Positions 12,931 through 27,800 of a stretch of 64,000 nucleotides of DNA are shown here, in pieces. The position numbers were made by a program, and so were the translations under genes. This stretch comes from Eledone cirrhosa (taxonomy: Eukaryota). Position 1 is the first letter of the stretch. Each line of letters begins with the position of its first letter. The stretch covers positions 496,001-560,000 of the forward strand of contig CAXHJY010000264.1 in the NCBI GenBank assembly GCA_964016885.1, written 5' to 3'. The notes below the pieces were generated by a model, which had not been told where the DNA came from, searched no databases, and saw nothing but the letters and a program-made list of their open reading frames with translations.

Positions 12931-13575
12931 ATAATAATAATAATGAAATTATTGTGTACAGTGCTCAGGTGCACTACAACTCATCAAAGGTGCATGTATA
13001 GTACATAGAATAATGTACAAATGTCAGGAAAATAAACAGTGTATGAGTCATGATATAATAACAATAACGAAATATTCTGCACAGTGCCCAGGTGCACCAC
13101 AACTCATCAAAAAAGTGCATGTACAGTACATAGGGCAATGCACAAACATCAGTAAAATGAACAGTGCACGAGTCATGATACACACGTGTGCATGTGTATG
13201 GAAGGGGTACATCAGGTGTAGTTTTGGCGTATTTTGGGAAGCATGAGTGTCTTAAAGGATGCAGTGTCTGGGCAGCTAACAATTGACGCAGGCAGTTTGT
13301 TCCATGCTTCAGCAACTCTGAGCGTGAAAAAATGTCTGCGAAAGTCATGGGAGCTGTGCTGTTTTCTTATCTTGTAGGCATGTCCACGTGTGTTAGACAC
13401 ATGGAGATCAAAGAGGCGCTCAGGGTTGCAGTTGGCGAGATGGTTAAAAACTTTGTGGTTATTCACCAAGTCCATTGCCAGACGTCGGAGCTTCAATGAA
13501 TCCATGCCCAGGGAAGCAAGGCGTTCAGAGTATGGTAGGTGACTGATGGAGAGTATGCGCTTGGTTGCACGTCTC
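12931..13575 (-). mobile_element. 5'-truncated CR1-clade LINE fragment, copy 4
   Basis: Shares the copy 3 variants, plus a private R->P change (TCTGGGCA). The right flank is mutated to TATCCCTAG. Confidence 0.92.
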
Positions 13576-14717
13576 TATCCCTAGTTTCTCTCTCAGTCCA
13601 TCCATACACATCACATGTCTATACCAACACAGTCTCCTCTCCTACACACTACATCTGATTTCTCTTATACATAGTTTCTTTCCCAGTTCATCCATACACA
13701 TCACATGTCTATACCAACAGTCTCCTCTCCTACACACTACATCTGATACCTCTTATACCTAGTTTCTCTCTCCATCCATACACATCACATGTCTATACCA
13801 ACGCATTCTCCTCTCCTACACACTACATCTGATACCTCTTATACCTAGTCTCTCTCTCAGTTCATCCATACACATCACATGTCTATACCAACACAGTCTC
13901 CTCTCCTACATCTCATTCCTCTTATACCTAGTTTCTCTCTCAGTCCATCCATACACATCACATGTCTATACAAACACAGTCTCCTCTCCTACACACTACA
14001 TCTGATTCCTTTTATACCTAGTTTCTCCCAGTTCATCCATACACATCACATGTCTATACCAACAGTCTCCTCTCCTACACACTACATCTGATACCTCTTA
14101 TACCTAGTTTCTCTCTCAGTTCATCCATACACATCACATGTCTATACCAACGCAGTCTCCTCTCCTACACACTACATCTGATTCCTCTTATACCTAGTTT
14201 CTCTCTCAGTTCATCCATACACATCACATGTCTATACCAACACAGTCTCCTCTCCTACACACTACATCTGATTCCTTTTATACCTAGTTTCTCTCAGTTC
14301 ATCCATACACATCACATGACTATACCAACAGTCTCCTCTCATACACACTACATCTGATTCCTCTTATACCTAGTCTCTCTCTCAGTTCATCCATACACAT
14401 CACATGTCTATAGCAATACAGTCTTCTCTCCTACTAACTACATCTGATTCCTCTTATACCTAATTTCTCTCTCCATCCATACACATCACATGTCTATACC
14501 AACACAGTCTTCTCTGCTACACACTACATCTGATTCCTCTTATACCTAGTCTCTCTCTCAGTCCATCCATACACATCACATGTCTATATCAACGCAGTCT
14601 CCTCTCCTACACATTACATCTGATTCCTCTTATACCTAGTTTCTCTCTTAGTTCATTCATACACATCACATGTCTATACCAACACAGTCTCCTCTCCTAC
14701 ATCTGATTCCTCTTATA

Positions 14718-15362
14718 ATAATAATAATAATGAAATTATTGTGTACAGTGCTCAGGTGCACTACAACTCATCAAAGGTGCATGTATAGTACATAGAATAA
14801 TGTACAAATGTCAGGAAAATAAACAGTGTATGAGTCATGATATAATAACAATAACGAAATATTCTGCACAGTGCCCAGGTGCACCACAACTCATCAAAAA
14901 AGTGCATGTACAGTACATAGGGCAATGCACAAACATCAGTAAAATGAACAGTGCACGAGTCATGATACACACGTGTGCATGTGTATGGAAGGGGTACATC
15001 AGGTGTAGTTTTGGCGTATTTTGGGAAGCATGAGTGTCTTAAAGGATGCAGTGTCTCGGCAGCTAACAATTGACGCAGGCAGTTTGTTCCATGCTTCAGC
15101 AACTCTGAGCGTGAAAAAATGTCTGCGAAAGTCATGGGAGCTGTGCTGTTTTCTTATCTTGTAGGCATGTCCACGTGTGTTAGACACATGGAGATCAAAG
15201 AGGCGCTCAGGGTTGCAGTTGGCGAGATGGGTAAAAACTTTGTGGGTATTCACCAAGTCCATTGCCAGACGTCGGAGCTTCAATGAATCCATGCCCAGGG
15301 AAGCAAGGCGTTCAGAGTATGGTAGGTGACTGATGGAGAGTATGCGCTTGGTTGCACGTCTC
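14718..15362 (-). mobile_element. 5'-truncated CR1-clade LINE fragment, copy 5
   Basis: Same junctions. Shares GAGTCAT and TTCTGCAC with copies 3 and 4, plus a private N->T change (GATGGGTAAAA). Confidence 0.92.
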
Positions 15363-18300
15363 TATACCTAGTTTCTCTCTCAGTCCATCCATACACATCA
15401 CATGTCTATACCAACACAGTCTCCTCTCCTACACACTACATCTGATTTCTCTTATACTTAGTTTCTTTCCCAGTTCATCCATACACATCACATGTCTATA
15501 CCAACAGTCTCCTCTCCTACACACTACATCTGATACCTCTTATACCTAGTTTCTCTCTCCATCCATACACATCACATGTCTATACCAACGCATTCTCCTC
15601 TCCTACACACTACATCTGATACCTCTTATACCTAGTTTCTCTCTCCATCCATACACATCACATGTCTATACCAACGCATTCTCCTCTCCTACACACTACA
15701 TCTGATTACTCTTATACCTAGTCTCTCTCTCAGTTCATCCATACACATCACATGTCTATACCAACACAGTCTCCTCTCCTACACATTACATCTGATTCCT
15801 CTTATACATAGTTTCTCTCTTAGTTCATTGATACACATCACATGTCTATACCAACACAGTCTCCTCTCCTACATCTGATTCCTCTTATACCTAGTTTCTC
15901 TCTCAGTCCATCCATACACATCACATGTCTATACCAACACAGTCTCCTCTCCTACACATTACATCTGATTCCTCTTATACATAGTTTCTCTCTTAGTTCA
16001 TTCATACACATCACATGTCTATACCAACACAGTCTCCTCTCCTACACACTACATCTGATACCTCTTATACCTAGTTTCTCTCTCCATCCATACACATCAC
16101 ATGTCTATACCAACACAGTCTCCTCTCCTACACATTACATCTGATTCCTCTTATACATAGTTTTTCTCTCAGTCCATCCATACACATCACATGTCTATAC
16201 CAACAGTCTCCTCTCCTACACACTACATCTGATTGCTTTTATACCTAGTTTCTCCCAGTTCATCCATACACATCACATGTCTATACCAACAGTCTCCTCT
16301 CCTACACACTACATCTGATACCTCTTATACCTAGTTTCTCTCTCCATCCATACACATCACATGTCTATACCAACTCATTCTCCTCTCCTACACACTACAT
16401 CTGATTCCTCTTATACCTAGTTTCTCTCTCAGTTCATCCATACACATCACATGTCTATACCAACACAGTCTCCTCTCCTACATCTGATTCCTCTTATACC
16501 TAGTTTCTCTCTCAGTCCATCCATACACATCACATGTCTATACGAGCAGTCTCCTCTCCTACACACTACATATGATTCCTCTTATACCTAGTTTCTCTCT
16601 CCATCCACACACATCACATGTCTATACCAACAGTCTCCTCTCCTACACACTACATCTGATTTCTCTTATACTTAGTTTCTTTCCCAGTTCATCCATACAC
16701 ATCACATGTCTATACAAACACAGTCTCCTCTCCTACACACTACATCTGATTCCTTTTATACCTAGTTTCTCCCAGTTCATCCATACACATCACATGTCTA
16801 TACCAACAGTCTCCTCTCCTACACACTACATCTGATACCTCTTATACCTAGTTTCTCTCTCCATCCATACACATCACATGTCTATACCAACGCATTCTCC
16901 TCTCCTACACACTACATCTGATTCCTCTTATACCTAGTCTCTCTCTCAGTTCATCCATACACATCACATGTCTATACCAACACAGTCTCCTCTCCTACAT
17001 CTCATTCCTCTTATACCTAGTTTCTCTCTCAGTCCATCCATACACATCACATGTCTATACCAGCAGTCTCCTCTCCTACACACTACATATGATTCCTCTT
17101 ATACCTAGTTTCTCTCTCCATCCATACACATCACATGTCTATACCAACACAGTCTCCTCTCCTACACACTACATCTGATTCCTCTTATACCTAGTTTCTC
17201 TCTCAGTTCATCCATAAACATCACATGTCTATACCAACATAGTCTCCTCTCCTACACTCTACATCTGATTCCTCTTATACATAGTTTCACTCTCAGTCCA
17301 TGCATACACATCACATGTCTATACCAACACAGTCTCCTCTCCTACACACTACATCTTAGTCCTCTTATACCTATTTTCTCTCTCAGTCCATCCATACACA
17401 TCACATGTCTATACCAACACAGTCTCCTCTCCTACACACTACATCTGATTCCTCTTATACCTAGTTTCTCTCTCAGTCCATCCATACACATCACATGTCT
17501 ATACCAACAGTCTCCTCTCCTACACACTACATCTGATTCCTTTTATACCAAAGTTTCTCTCAGTTCATCCATACACATCAGATGACTATACCAACAGTCT
17601 CCTCTCATACACACTACATCTGATTCCTTTTATACCTAGTTTCTCTCAGTTCATCCATACACATCACATGACTATACCAACAGTCTCCTCTCATACACAC
17701 TACATCTGATTCCTCTTATACCTAGTTTCTCTCTCAGTCCATCCATAGACATCACATATCTATACCAACAGTCTCCTCTCATACACACTACATCTGATTC
17801 CTCTTATACCTAGTTTCTCTCCCAGTTCATCCATACACATCACATGTCTATACCAACACTGTGTCCTCTCCTACACACTACATCTGATTCCTCTTATAGC
17901 TAGTCTCTCTCTCAGTTCATCCATACACATCACATGTCTATAGCAACACAGTCTTCTCTCCTACTAACTACATCTGATTCCTCTTATACCTAGTTTCTCT
18001 CTCAGTTCATCCATACACATCATATGTCTATACCAACACAGTCTCCTCTCCTACACATTACATCTGATTCCTCTTATACATAGTTTCTCTCTTAGTTCAT
18101 TCATACACATCACATGTCTATACCAACACAGTCTCCTCTCCTACATCTGATTCCTCTTATACCTAGTGTCTCTCTCCGTTCATTCATACACATCACATAT
18201 CTATACCAACACAGTCTCCTCTCCTAGACACTACATCTGATTTCTCTTATACTTAGTTTCTTTCCCAGTTCATACATAAACATCACATGTCTATACCAAC

Positions 18301-21159
18301 ACTGTGTCCTCTCCTACACACTACATCTGATTCCTCTTATACCTAGTCTCTTTCTCAGTTCATCCATACACATTACATGTCTATACCAACATTGTCTCCT
18401 CTCCTACACACTACATCTGATTGCTTTTATACCTAGTTTCTCCCAGTTCATCCATACACATCACATGTCTACACCAACAGTCTCCTCTCCTACACACTAC
18501 ATCTGATACCTCTTATACCTAGTTTCTCTCTCCATCCATACACATCACATGTCTATACCAGCAGTCTCCTCTCCTACACACTACATATGATTCCTCTTAT
18601 ACCTAGTTTCTCTCTCAGTTCATCCATACACATCACGTGTCTATACCAACACAGTCTCCTCTCCTACACACTACATCTGATTCCTCTTATACCTAGTTTC
18701 TCTCTCCATCCATACACATCACATGTCTATACCAGCAGTCTCCTCTCCTACACACTACATATGATTCCTCTTATACCTAGTTTCTCTCTCAGTTCATCCA
18801 TACACATCACAGTCTATACCAACACAGTCTCCTCTCCTACACACTACATCTGATTCCTCTTATACCTAGTTTCTCTCCCAGTTCATCCATACACATTACA
18901 TGTCTATACCAACACAGTCTCCTCTCCTACACACTACATCTGATTCCTCTTATACCTAGTTTCTCTCTCAGTCCATCCATACACATCACATGTCTATACC
19001 AACACAGTCTCCTCTCCTACATCTGATTCCTCTTATACCTAGTTTCTCTCTCAGTTAATTCATACACATCACATGTCTATACCAACACAGTTTCCTCTCA
19101 TACACACTACATCTGATTTCTCTTATACTTAGTTTCTTTCCCAGTTCATCCATACACATCACATGTCTATACAAACACAGTCTCCTCTCCTACACACTAC
19201 ATCTGATTCCTCTTATACGTAGTTTCTCTCTCCATCCATACACATCACATGTCTATACCAATACAGTCTCCTCTCCTACACACTACATCTGATTCCTCTT
19301 ATACCTAGTTTCTCTCCCAGTTCATCCATACACATCATATGTCTATACCAACGCAGTCTCCTCTCCTACACACTACATCTGATTCCTCTCATACCTAGTT
19401 TCTGTTTCCATCCATACACATCACATGTCTATACCAACAGTCTCCTCTCCTACACACTACATCTGATTTCTCTTATACTTAGTTTCTTTCCCAGTTCATC
19501 CATACACATCACATGTCTATACCAACACAGTCTCCTCTCCTACACACTACATCTGATTCCTCTTATACCTAGTTTCTCTCCCAATTCATCCATACACATC
19601 ACATGTCTATACCAACACAGTCTCCTCTCCTACACACTACATCTGATTCCTCTTATACCTAGTTTCTCTCTCAGTTCATCCATACACATCACATGTCTAT
19701 AGCAACACAGTCTCCTCTCCTACACACTACATCTGATTCCTCTTATACCTAGTTTCTCTCCCAATTCATCCATACACATCACATGTCTATACCAACACAG
19801 TCTCCTCTCCTACACACTACATCTGATTCCTCTTATACCTAGTTTCTCTCTCAGTTCATCCATAAACATCACATGTCTATACCAACATAGTCTCCTCTCC
19901 TACACTCTACATCTGATTCCTCTTATACATAGTTTCACTCTCAGTCCATGCATACACATCACATGTCTATACCAACAAAGTCTCCTCTCCTACACACTAC
20001 ATCTGATTCCTCTTATACCTATTTTCTCTCTCAGTCCATCCATACACATCACATGTCTATACCAACACAGTCTCCTCTCCTACACACTACATCTGATTTC
20101 TCTTATACTTAGTTTCTTTCCCAGTTCATCCATACACATCACATGTCTATACCAACAGTCTCCTCTCCTACACACTACATCTGATACCTCTTATACCTAG
20201 TTTCTCTCTCCATCCATACACATCACATGTCTATACCAACATAGTCTCCTCTCCTACACTCTACATCTGATTCCTCTTATACATAGTTTCACTCTCAGTC
20301 CATGCATACACATCACATGTCTATACCAACAAAGTCTCCTCTCCTACACACTACATCTGATTCCTCTTATACCTATTTTCTCTCTCAGTCCATCCATACA
20401 CATCACATGTCTATACCAACGCATTCTCCTCTCCTACACACTACATCTGATTCCTCTTATACCTAGTCTCTCTCTCAGTTCATCCATACACATCACATGT
20501 CTATACCAACACAGTCTCCTCTCCTACATCTCATTCCTCTCATACCTAGTTTCTCTCTCAGTCCATCCATACACATCACATGTCTATACAAACACAGTCT
20601 CCTCTCCTACACACTACATCTGATTCCTTTTATACCTAGTTTCTCTCAGTTCATCCATACACATCACATGACTATACCAACAGTCTCCTCTCATACACAC
20701 TACATCTGATTCCTCTTATACCTAGTCTCTCTCTCAGTTCATCCATACACATCACATGTCTATAGCAACACAGTCTTCTCTCCTACTAACTACATCTGAT
20801 TCCTCTTATACCTAGTTTCTCTCTCAGTTCATCCATACACATCATATGTCTATACCAACACAGTCTCCTCTCCTACACACTACATCTGATTCCTCTTATA
20901 CCTAGTTTCTCTCTCCATCCATACACATCACATGTCTATACCAACACAGTCTTCTCTCCTACACACTACATCTGATTCCTCTTATACCTAGTCTCTCTCT
21001 CAGTCCATCCATACACATCACATGTCTATATCAACGCAGTCTCCTCTCCTACACATTACATCTAATTCCTCTTATACCTAGTTTCTCTCTTAGTTCATTC
21101 ATACACATCACATGTCTATACCAACACAGTCTCCTCTCCTACATCTGATTCCTCTTATA

Positions 21160-21804
21160 ATAATAATAATAATGAAATTATTGTGTACAGTGCTCAGGTG
21201 CACTACAACTCATCAAAGGTGCATGTATAGTACATAGAATAATGTACAAATGTCAGGAAAATAAACAGTGTATGAGTCATGATATAATAACAATAACGAA
21301 ATATTGTGCACAGTGCCCAGGTGCACCACAACTCATCAAAAAAGTGCATGTACAGTACATAGGGCAATGCACAAACATCAGTAAAATGAACAGTGCACGA
21401 GTCATGATACACACGTGTGCATGTGTATGGAAGGGGTACATCAGGTGTAGTTTTGGCGTATTTTGGGAAGCATGAGTGTCTTAAAGGATGCAGTGTCTCG
21501 GCAGCTAACAATTGACGCAGGCAGTTTGTTCCATGCTTCAGCAACTCTGAGCGTGAAAAAATGTCTGCGAAAGTCATGGGAGCTGTGCTGTTTTCTTATC
21601 TTGTAGGCATGTCCACGTGTGTTAGACACATGGAGATCAAAGAGGCGCTCAGGGCTGCAGTTGGCGAGATGGTTAAAAACTTTGTGGGTATTCACCAAGT
21701 CCATTGCCAGACGTCGAAGCTTCAATGAATCCATGCCCAGGGAAGCAAGGCGTTCAGAGTATGGTAGGTGACTGATGGAGAGTATGCGCTTGGTTGCACG
21801 TCTC
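21160..21804 (-). mobile_element. 5'-truncated CR1-clade LINE fragment, copy 6
   Basis: Same junctions. Carries GAGTCAT with TTGTGCAC, plus private AGGGCTGC (N->S) and GTCGAAGC. Confidence 0.92.
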
Positions 21805-24800
21805 TATACCTAGTTTCTCTCTCAGTCCATCCATACACATCACATGTCTATACCAACAGTCTCCTCTCCTACACACTACATCTGATTTCTCTTATACTTA
21901 GTTTCTTTCCCAGTTCATCCATACACATCACATGTCTATACCAACAGTCTCCTCTCCTACACACTACATCTGATACCTCTTATACCTAGTTTCTCTCTCC
22001 ATCCATACACATCACATGTCTATACCAACGCATTCTCCTCTCCTACACACTACATCTGATTCCTCTTATACCTAGTCTCTCTCTCAGTTCATCCATACAC
22101 ATCACATGTCTATACCAACACAGTCTCCTCTCCTACATCTCATTCCTCTTATACCTAGTTTCTCTCTCAGTCCATCCATACACATCACATGTCTATACCA
22201 GCAGTCTCCTCTCCTACACACTACATATGATTCCTCTTATACCTAGTTTCTCTCTCCATCCATACACATCACATGTCTATACCAACACAGTCTCCTCTCC
22301 TACACACTACATCTGATTCCTCTTATACCTAGTTTCTCTCTCAGTTCATCCATAAACATCACATGTCTATACCAACATAGTCTCCTCTCCTACACTCTAC
22401 ATCTGATTCCTCTTATACATAGTTTCACTCTCAGTCCATGCATACACATCACATGTCTATACCAACAAAGTCTCCTCTCCTACACACTACATCTTAGTCC
22501 TCTTATACCTATTTTCTCTCTCAGTCCATCCATACACATCACATGTCTATACCAACACAGTCTCCTCTCCTACACACTACATCTGATTCCTCTTATACCT
22601 AGTTTCTCTCTCAGTCCATCCATACACATCACATGTCTATACCAACACAGTCTCCTCTCCTACAACTGATTCCTCTTATACCTAGTTTCTCTCTCAGTTA
22701 ATTCATACACATCACATGTCTATACCAACACAGTTTCCTCTCCTACACACTACATCTGATTTCTCTTATACTTAGTTTCTTTCCCAGTTCATCCATACAC
22801 ATCACATGTCTATACAAACACAGTCTCCTCTCCTACACACTACATCTGATTCCTCTTATACGTAGTTTCTCTCTCCATCCATACACATCACATGTCTATA
22901 CCAATACAGTCTCCTCTCCTACACACTACATCTGATTCCTCTTATACCTAGTTTCTCTCCCAGTTCATCCATACACATCATATGTCTATACCAACGCAGT
23001 CTCCTCTCCTACACACTACATCTGATTCCTCTCTTACCTAGTTTCTGTTTCCATCCATACACATCACATGTCTATACCAACAGTCTCCTCTCCTACACAC
23101 TACATCTGATTTCTCTTATACTTAGTTTCTTTCCCAGTTCATCCATACACATCACATGTCTATACAAACACAGTCTCCTCTCCTACACACTACATCTGAT
23201 TCCTTTTATACCTAGTTTCTCCCAGTTCATCCACACACATCACATGTCTATACCAACAGTCTCCTCTCCTACACACTACATCTGATACCTCTTATACCTA
23301 GTTTCTCTCTCAGTTCATCCATACACATCACATGTCTATAGCAACACAGTCTCCTCTCCTACACACTACATCTGATACCTCTTATACCTAGTTTCGCTCT
23401 CCATCCATACACATCACATGTCTATACCAACGCAGTCTCCTCTCATACACACTACATCTGATTCCTCTTATACCTAGTGTCCCTCTCCATCCATACACAT
23501 TACATGTCTATACCAACAGTCTCCTCTCCTACACACTACATCTGATTCCTCTTATACCTAGTTTCTCTCTCAGTTCATCCATACACATCACATGTCTATA
23601 CCAACACAGTCTCCTCTCCTACATCTGATTCCTCTTATACCTAGTTTCTCTCTCAGTCCATCCATACACATCACATGTCTATACCAACACAGTCTCGTCT
23701 CCTACACATTACATCTGATTCCTCTTATACATAGTTTCTCTCTTAGTTCATTCATACACATCACATGTCTATACCAACACAGTCTCCTCTCCTACACACT
23801 ACATCTGATACCTCTTATACCTAGTTTCTCTCTCCATCCATACACATCACATGTCCATACCAACACAGTCTCCTCTCCTACACATTACATCTGATTCCTC
23901 TTATACATAGTTTTTCTCTCAGTCCATCCATACACATCACATGTCTATACCAACAGTCTCCTCTCCTACACACTACATCTGATTGCTTTTATACCTAGTT
24001 TCTCCCAGTTCATCCATACACATCACATGTCTATACCAACAGTCTCCTCTCCTACACACTACATCTGATACCTCTTATACCTAGTTTCTCTCTCCATCCA
24101 TACACATCACATGTTTATACCAACTCATTCTCCTCTCCTACACACTACATCTAATTCCTCTTATACCTAGTTTCTCTCTCAGTTCATCCATACACATCAC
24201 ATGTCTATACCAACACAGTCTCCTCTCCTACATCTGATTCCTCTTATACCTAGTTTCTCTCTCAGTCCATCCATACACATCACATGTCTATACGAGCAGT
24301 CTCCTCTCCTACACACTACATATGATTCCCCTTATACCTAGTTTCTCTCTCCATCCATACACATCACATGTCTATACCAACAGTCTCCTCTCCTACACAC
24401 TACATCTGATTTCTCTTATACTTAGTTTCTTTCCCAGTTCATCCATACACATCACATGTCTATACAAACACAGTCTCCTCTCCTACACACTACATCTGAT
24501 TCCTTTTATACCTAGTTTCTCTCAGTTCATCCATACACATCACATGACTATACCAACAGTCTCCTCTCATACACACTACATCTGATTCCTTTTATACCTA
24601 GTTTCTCTCAGTTCATCCATACACATCACATGACTATACCAACAGTCTCCTCTCATACACACTACATCTGATTCCTCTTATACCTAGTTTCTCTCCCAGT
24701 TCATCCATACACATCACATGTCTATACCAACACTGTGTCCTCTCCTACACACTACATCTGATTCCTCTTATAGCTAGTCTCTCTCTCAGTTCATCCATAT

Positions 24801-27800
24801 ACATCACATGTCTATAGCAACACAGTCTTCTCTCCTACTAACTACATCTGATTCCTCATATACCTAGTTTCTCTCTCAGTTCATCCATACACATCATATG
24901 TCTATACCAACACAGTCTCCTCTCCTACACATTACATCTGATTCCTCTTATACATAGTTTCTCTCTTAGTTCATTCATACACATCACATGTCTATACCAA
25001 CACAGTCTCCTCTCCTACATCTGATTCCTCTTATACCTAGTGTCTCTCTCCGTTCATTCATACACATCACATATCTATACCAACACAGTCTCCTCTCCTA
25101 GACACTACATCTGATTTCTCTTATACTTAGTTTCTTTCCCAGTTCATCCATAAACATCACATGTCTATACCAACACTGTGTCCTCTCCTACACACTACAT
25201 CTTATTCCTCTTATACCTAGTCTCTCTCTCAGTTCATCCATACACATTACATGTCTATACCAACATAGTCTCCTCTCCTACACACTATATCTGATTGCTT
25301 TTATACCTAGTTTCTCCCAGTTCATCCATACACATCACATGTCTATACCAACAGTCTCCTCTCCTACACACTACATCTGATACCTCTTATACCTAGTTTC
25401 TCTCTCCATCCATACACATCACATGTCTATACCAGCAGTCTCCTCTCCTACACACTGCATATGATTTATCTTATACCTAGTTTCTCTCTCCATCCATACA
25501 CATCACATGTCTATACCAATACAGTCTCCTCTCCTGCACACTACATCTGATTTCTCTTATACTTAGTTTCTTTCCCAGTTCATCCATACACATCACGTGT
25601 CTATACCAACACAGTCTTCTCTCCTACACACTACAGATGATTCCTCTTATACCTAGTTTCTCTCTCCATCGATACACATCACGTGTCTATACCAATACAG
25701 TCTCCTCTCCTACACACTACATCTGATTCCTCTTATACCTAGTTTCCATCTCCATCCATACACATCACATGTCTATACCAGCAGTCTCCTCTCCTACACA
25801 CTACATATGATTCCTCTTATACCTAGTTTCTCTCTCAGTTCATCCATACACATCACGTGTCTATACCAACACAGTCTCCTCTCCTACACACTACATCTGA
25901 TTCCTCTTATACCTAGTTTCTCTCCCAGTTCATCCATACACATTACATGTCTATACCAACACAGTCTCCTCTCCTACACACTACATCTGATTCCTCTTAT
26001 ACCTAGTTTCTCTCTCAGTTCATCCATACACATCACGTGTCTATACCAACACAGTCTCCTCTCCTACACACTACATCTGATTCCTCTTATACCTAGTTTC
26101 TCTCCCAGTTCATCCATACACATTACATGACTATACCAACAGTCTGCTCTCCTACACACTACATCTGATTCCTCTTATACCTAGTCTCTCTCTCAGTTCA
26201 TCCATACACATCACATGTCTATACCAACAGTCTTCTCTCCTACACACTACATATGATTCCTCTTATACCTAGTTTCTCTCTCCATCCATACACATTACAT
26301 GACTATACCAACAGTCTTCTCTCCTACACACTACATCTGATTCCTCTTATACCTAGTCTCTCTCTCAGTTCATCCATACACATCACATGTCTATACCAAC
26401 AGTCTTCTCTCCTACACACTACATATGATTCCTCTTATACCTAGTTTCTCTCTCCATCCATACACATCACAAGTCTATACCAACACAGTCTTCTCTCCTA
26501 CACACTACAGATGATTCCTCTTATACCTAGTTTCTCTCTCCATCGATACACATCACGTGTCTATATCAATACAGTCTCCTCTCCTACACACTACATCTGA
26601 TTCCTCTTATACCTAGTTTCTCTCTCCATCCATACACATCACATGTCTATACAAACACAGTCTCCTCTCCTACACACTACATCTGATTCCTCTTATACCT
26701 AGTTTCCATCTCCATCCATACACATCACATGTTATATACCAACACAGTCTCCTCTCCTACACTCTACATCTGATTCCTCTTATACCTAGTTTCTCTCCCA
26801 GTTCATCCATACACATCACATGACTATACCAACACAGTCTCCTCTCCAACACACTACATCTGATTCCTCTTATACCTAGTTTCTCTCTCCATCCATACAT
26901 ATCACATGTCTATACCAACACACTCTCCTCTCCTACACTCTACATCTGATTCCTCTTATACCTAGTTTCTCTCTCCATCCATACACATCATATGTCTATA
27001 CCAACTGTCTCCTCTCCTACACACTACATCTGATTCCTCTTATACCTAGTTTCTCTCTCAGTCCATCCATACACATCACATGTCTATACCAACACAGTCT
27101 CCTCTCCTACACACTACATCTGATACCTCTTATACCTAGTTTCTCTCTCCATCCATACACATCACATGTCTATACCAACGCAGTCTCCTCTCATACACAC
27201 TACATCTGATTCCTCTTATACCTAGTGTCCCTCTCCATCCATACACATTACATGTCTATACCAACAGTCTCCTCTCCTACACACTACATCTGATTCCTCT
27301 TATACCTAGTTTCTCTCTCAGTTCATCCATACACATCACATGTCTATACCAACACAGTCTCCTCTCCTACATCTGATTCCTCTTATACCTAGTTTCTCTC
27401 TCAGTCCATCCATACACATCACATGTCTATACCAACACAGTCTCCTCTCCTACACATTACATCTGATTCCTCTTATACATAGTTTCTCTCTTAGTTCATT
27501 CATACACATCACATGTCTATACCAACACAGTCTCCTCTCCTACACACTACATCTGATTCCTCTTATATCTAGTTTCTCTCTCAGTCCATCCATACACATC
27601 ACATGTCTATACCAACACAGTCTCCTCTCCTACACACTACATCTGATACCTCTTATACCTAGTTTCTCTCTCCATCCATACACATCACATGTCTGTACCA
27701 ACACAGTCTCCTCTCCTACACATTACATCTGATTCCTCTTATACATAGTTTTTCTCTCACTCCATCCATACACATCACATGTCTATACCAACAGTCTCCT

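Noticed and set aside
1827-21804. Satellite-targeting site-specific retrotransposon making six independent insertions
   Set aside because: The identical 5' breakpoint and shared rare flanking variants indicate one insertion followed by duplication.
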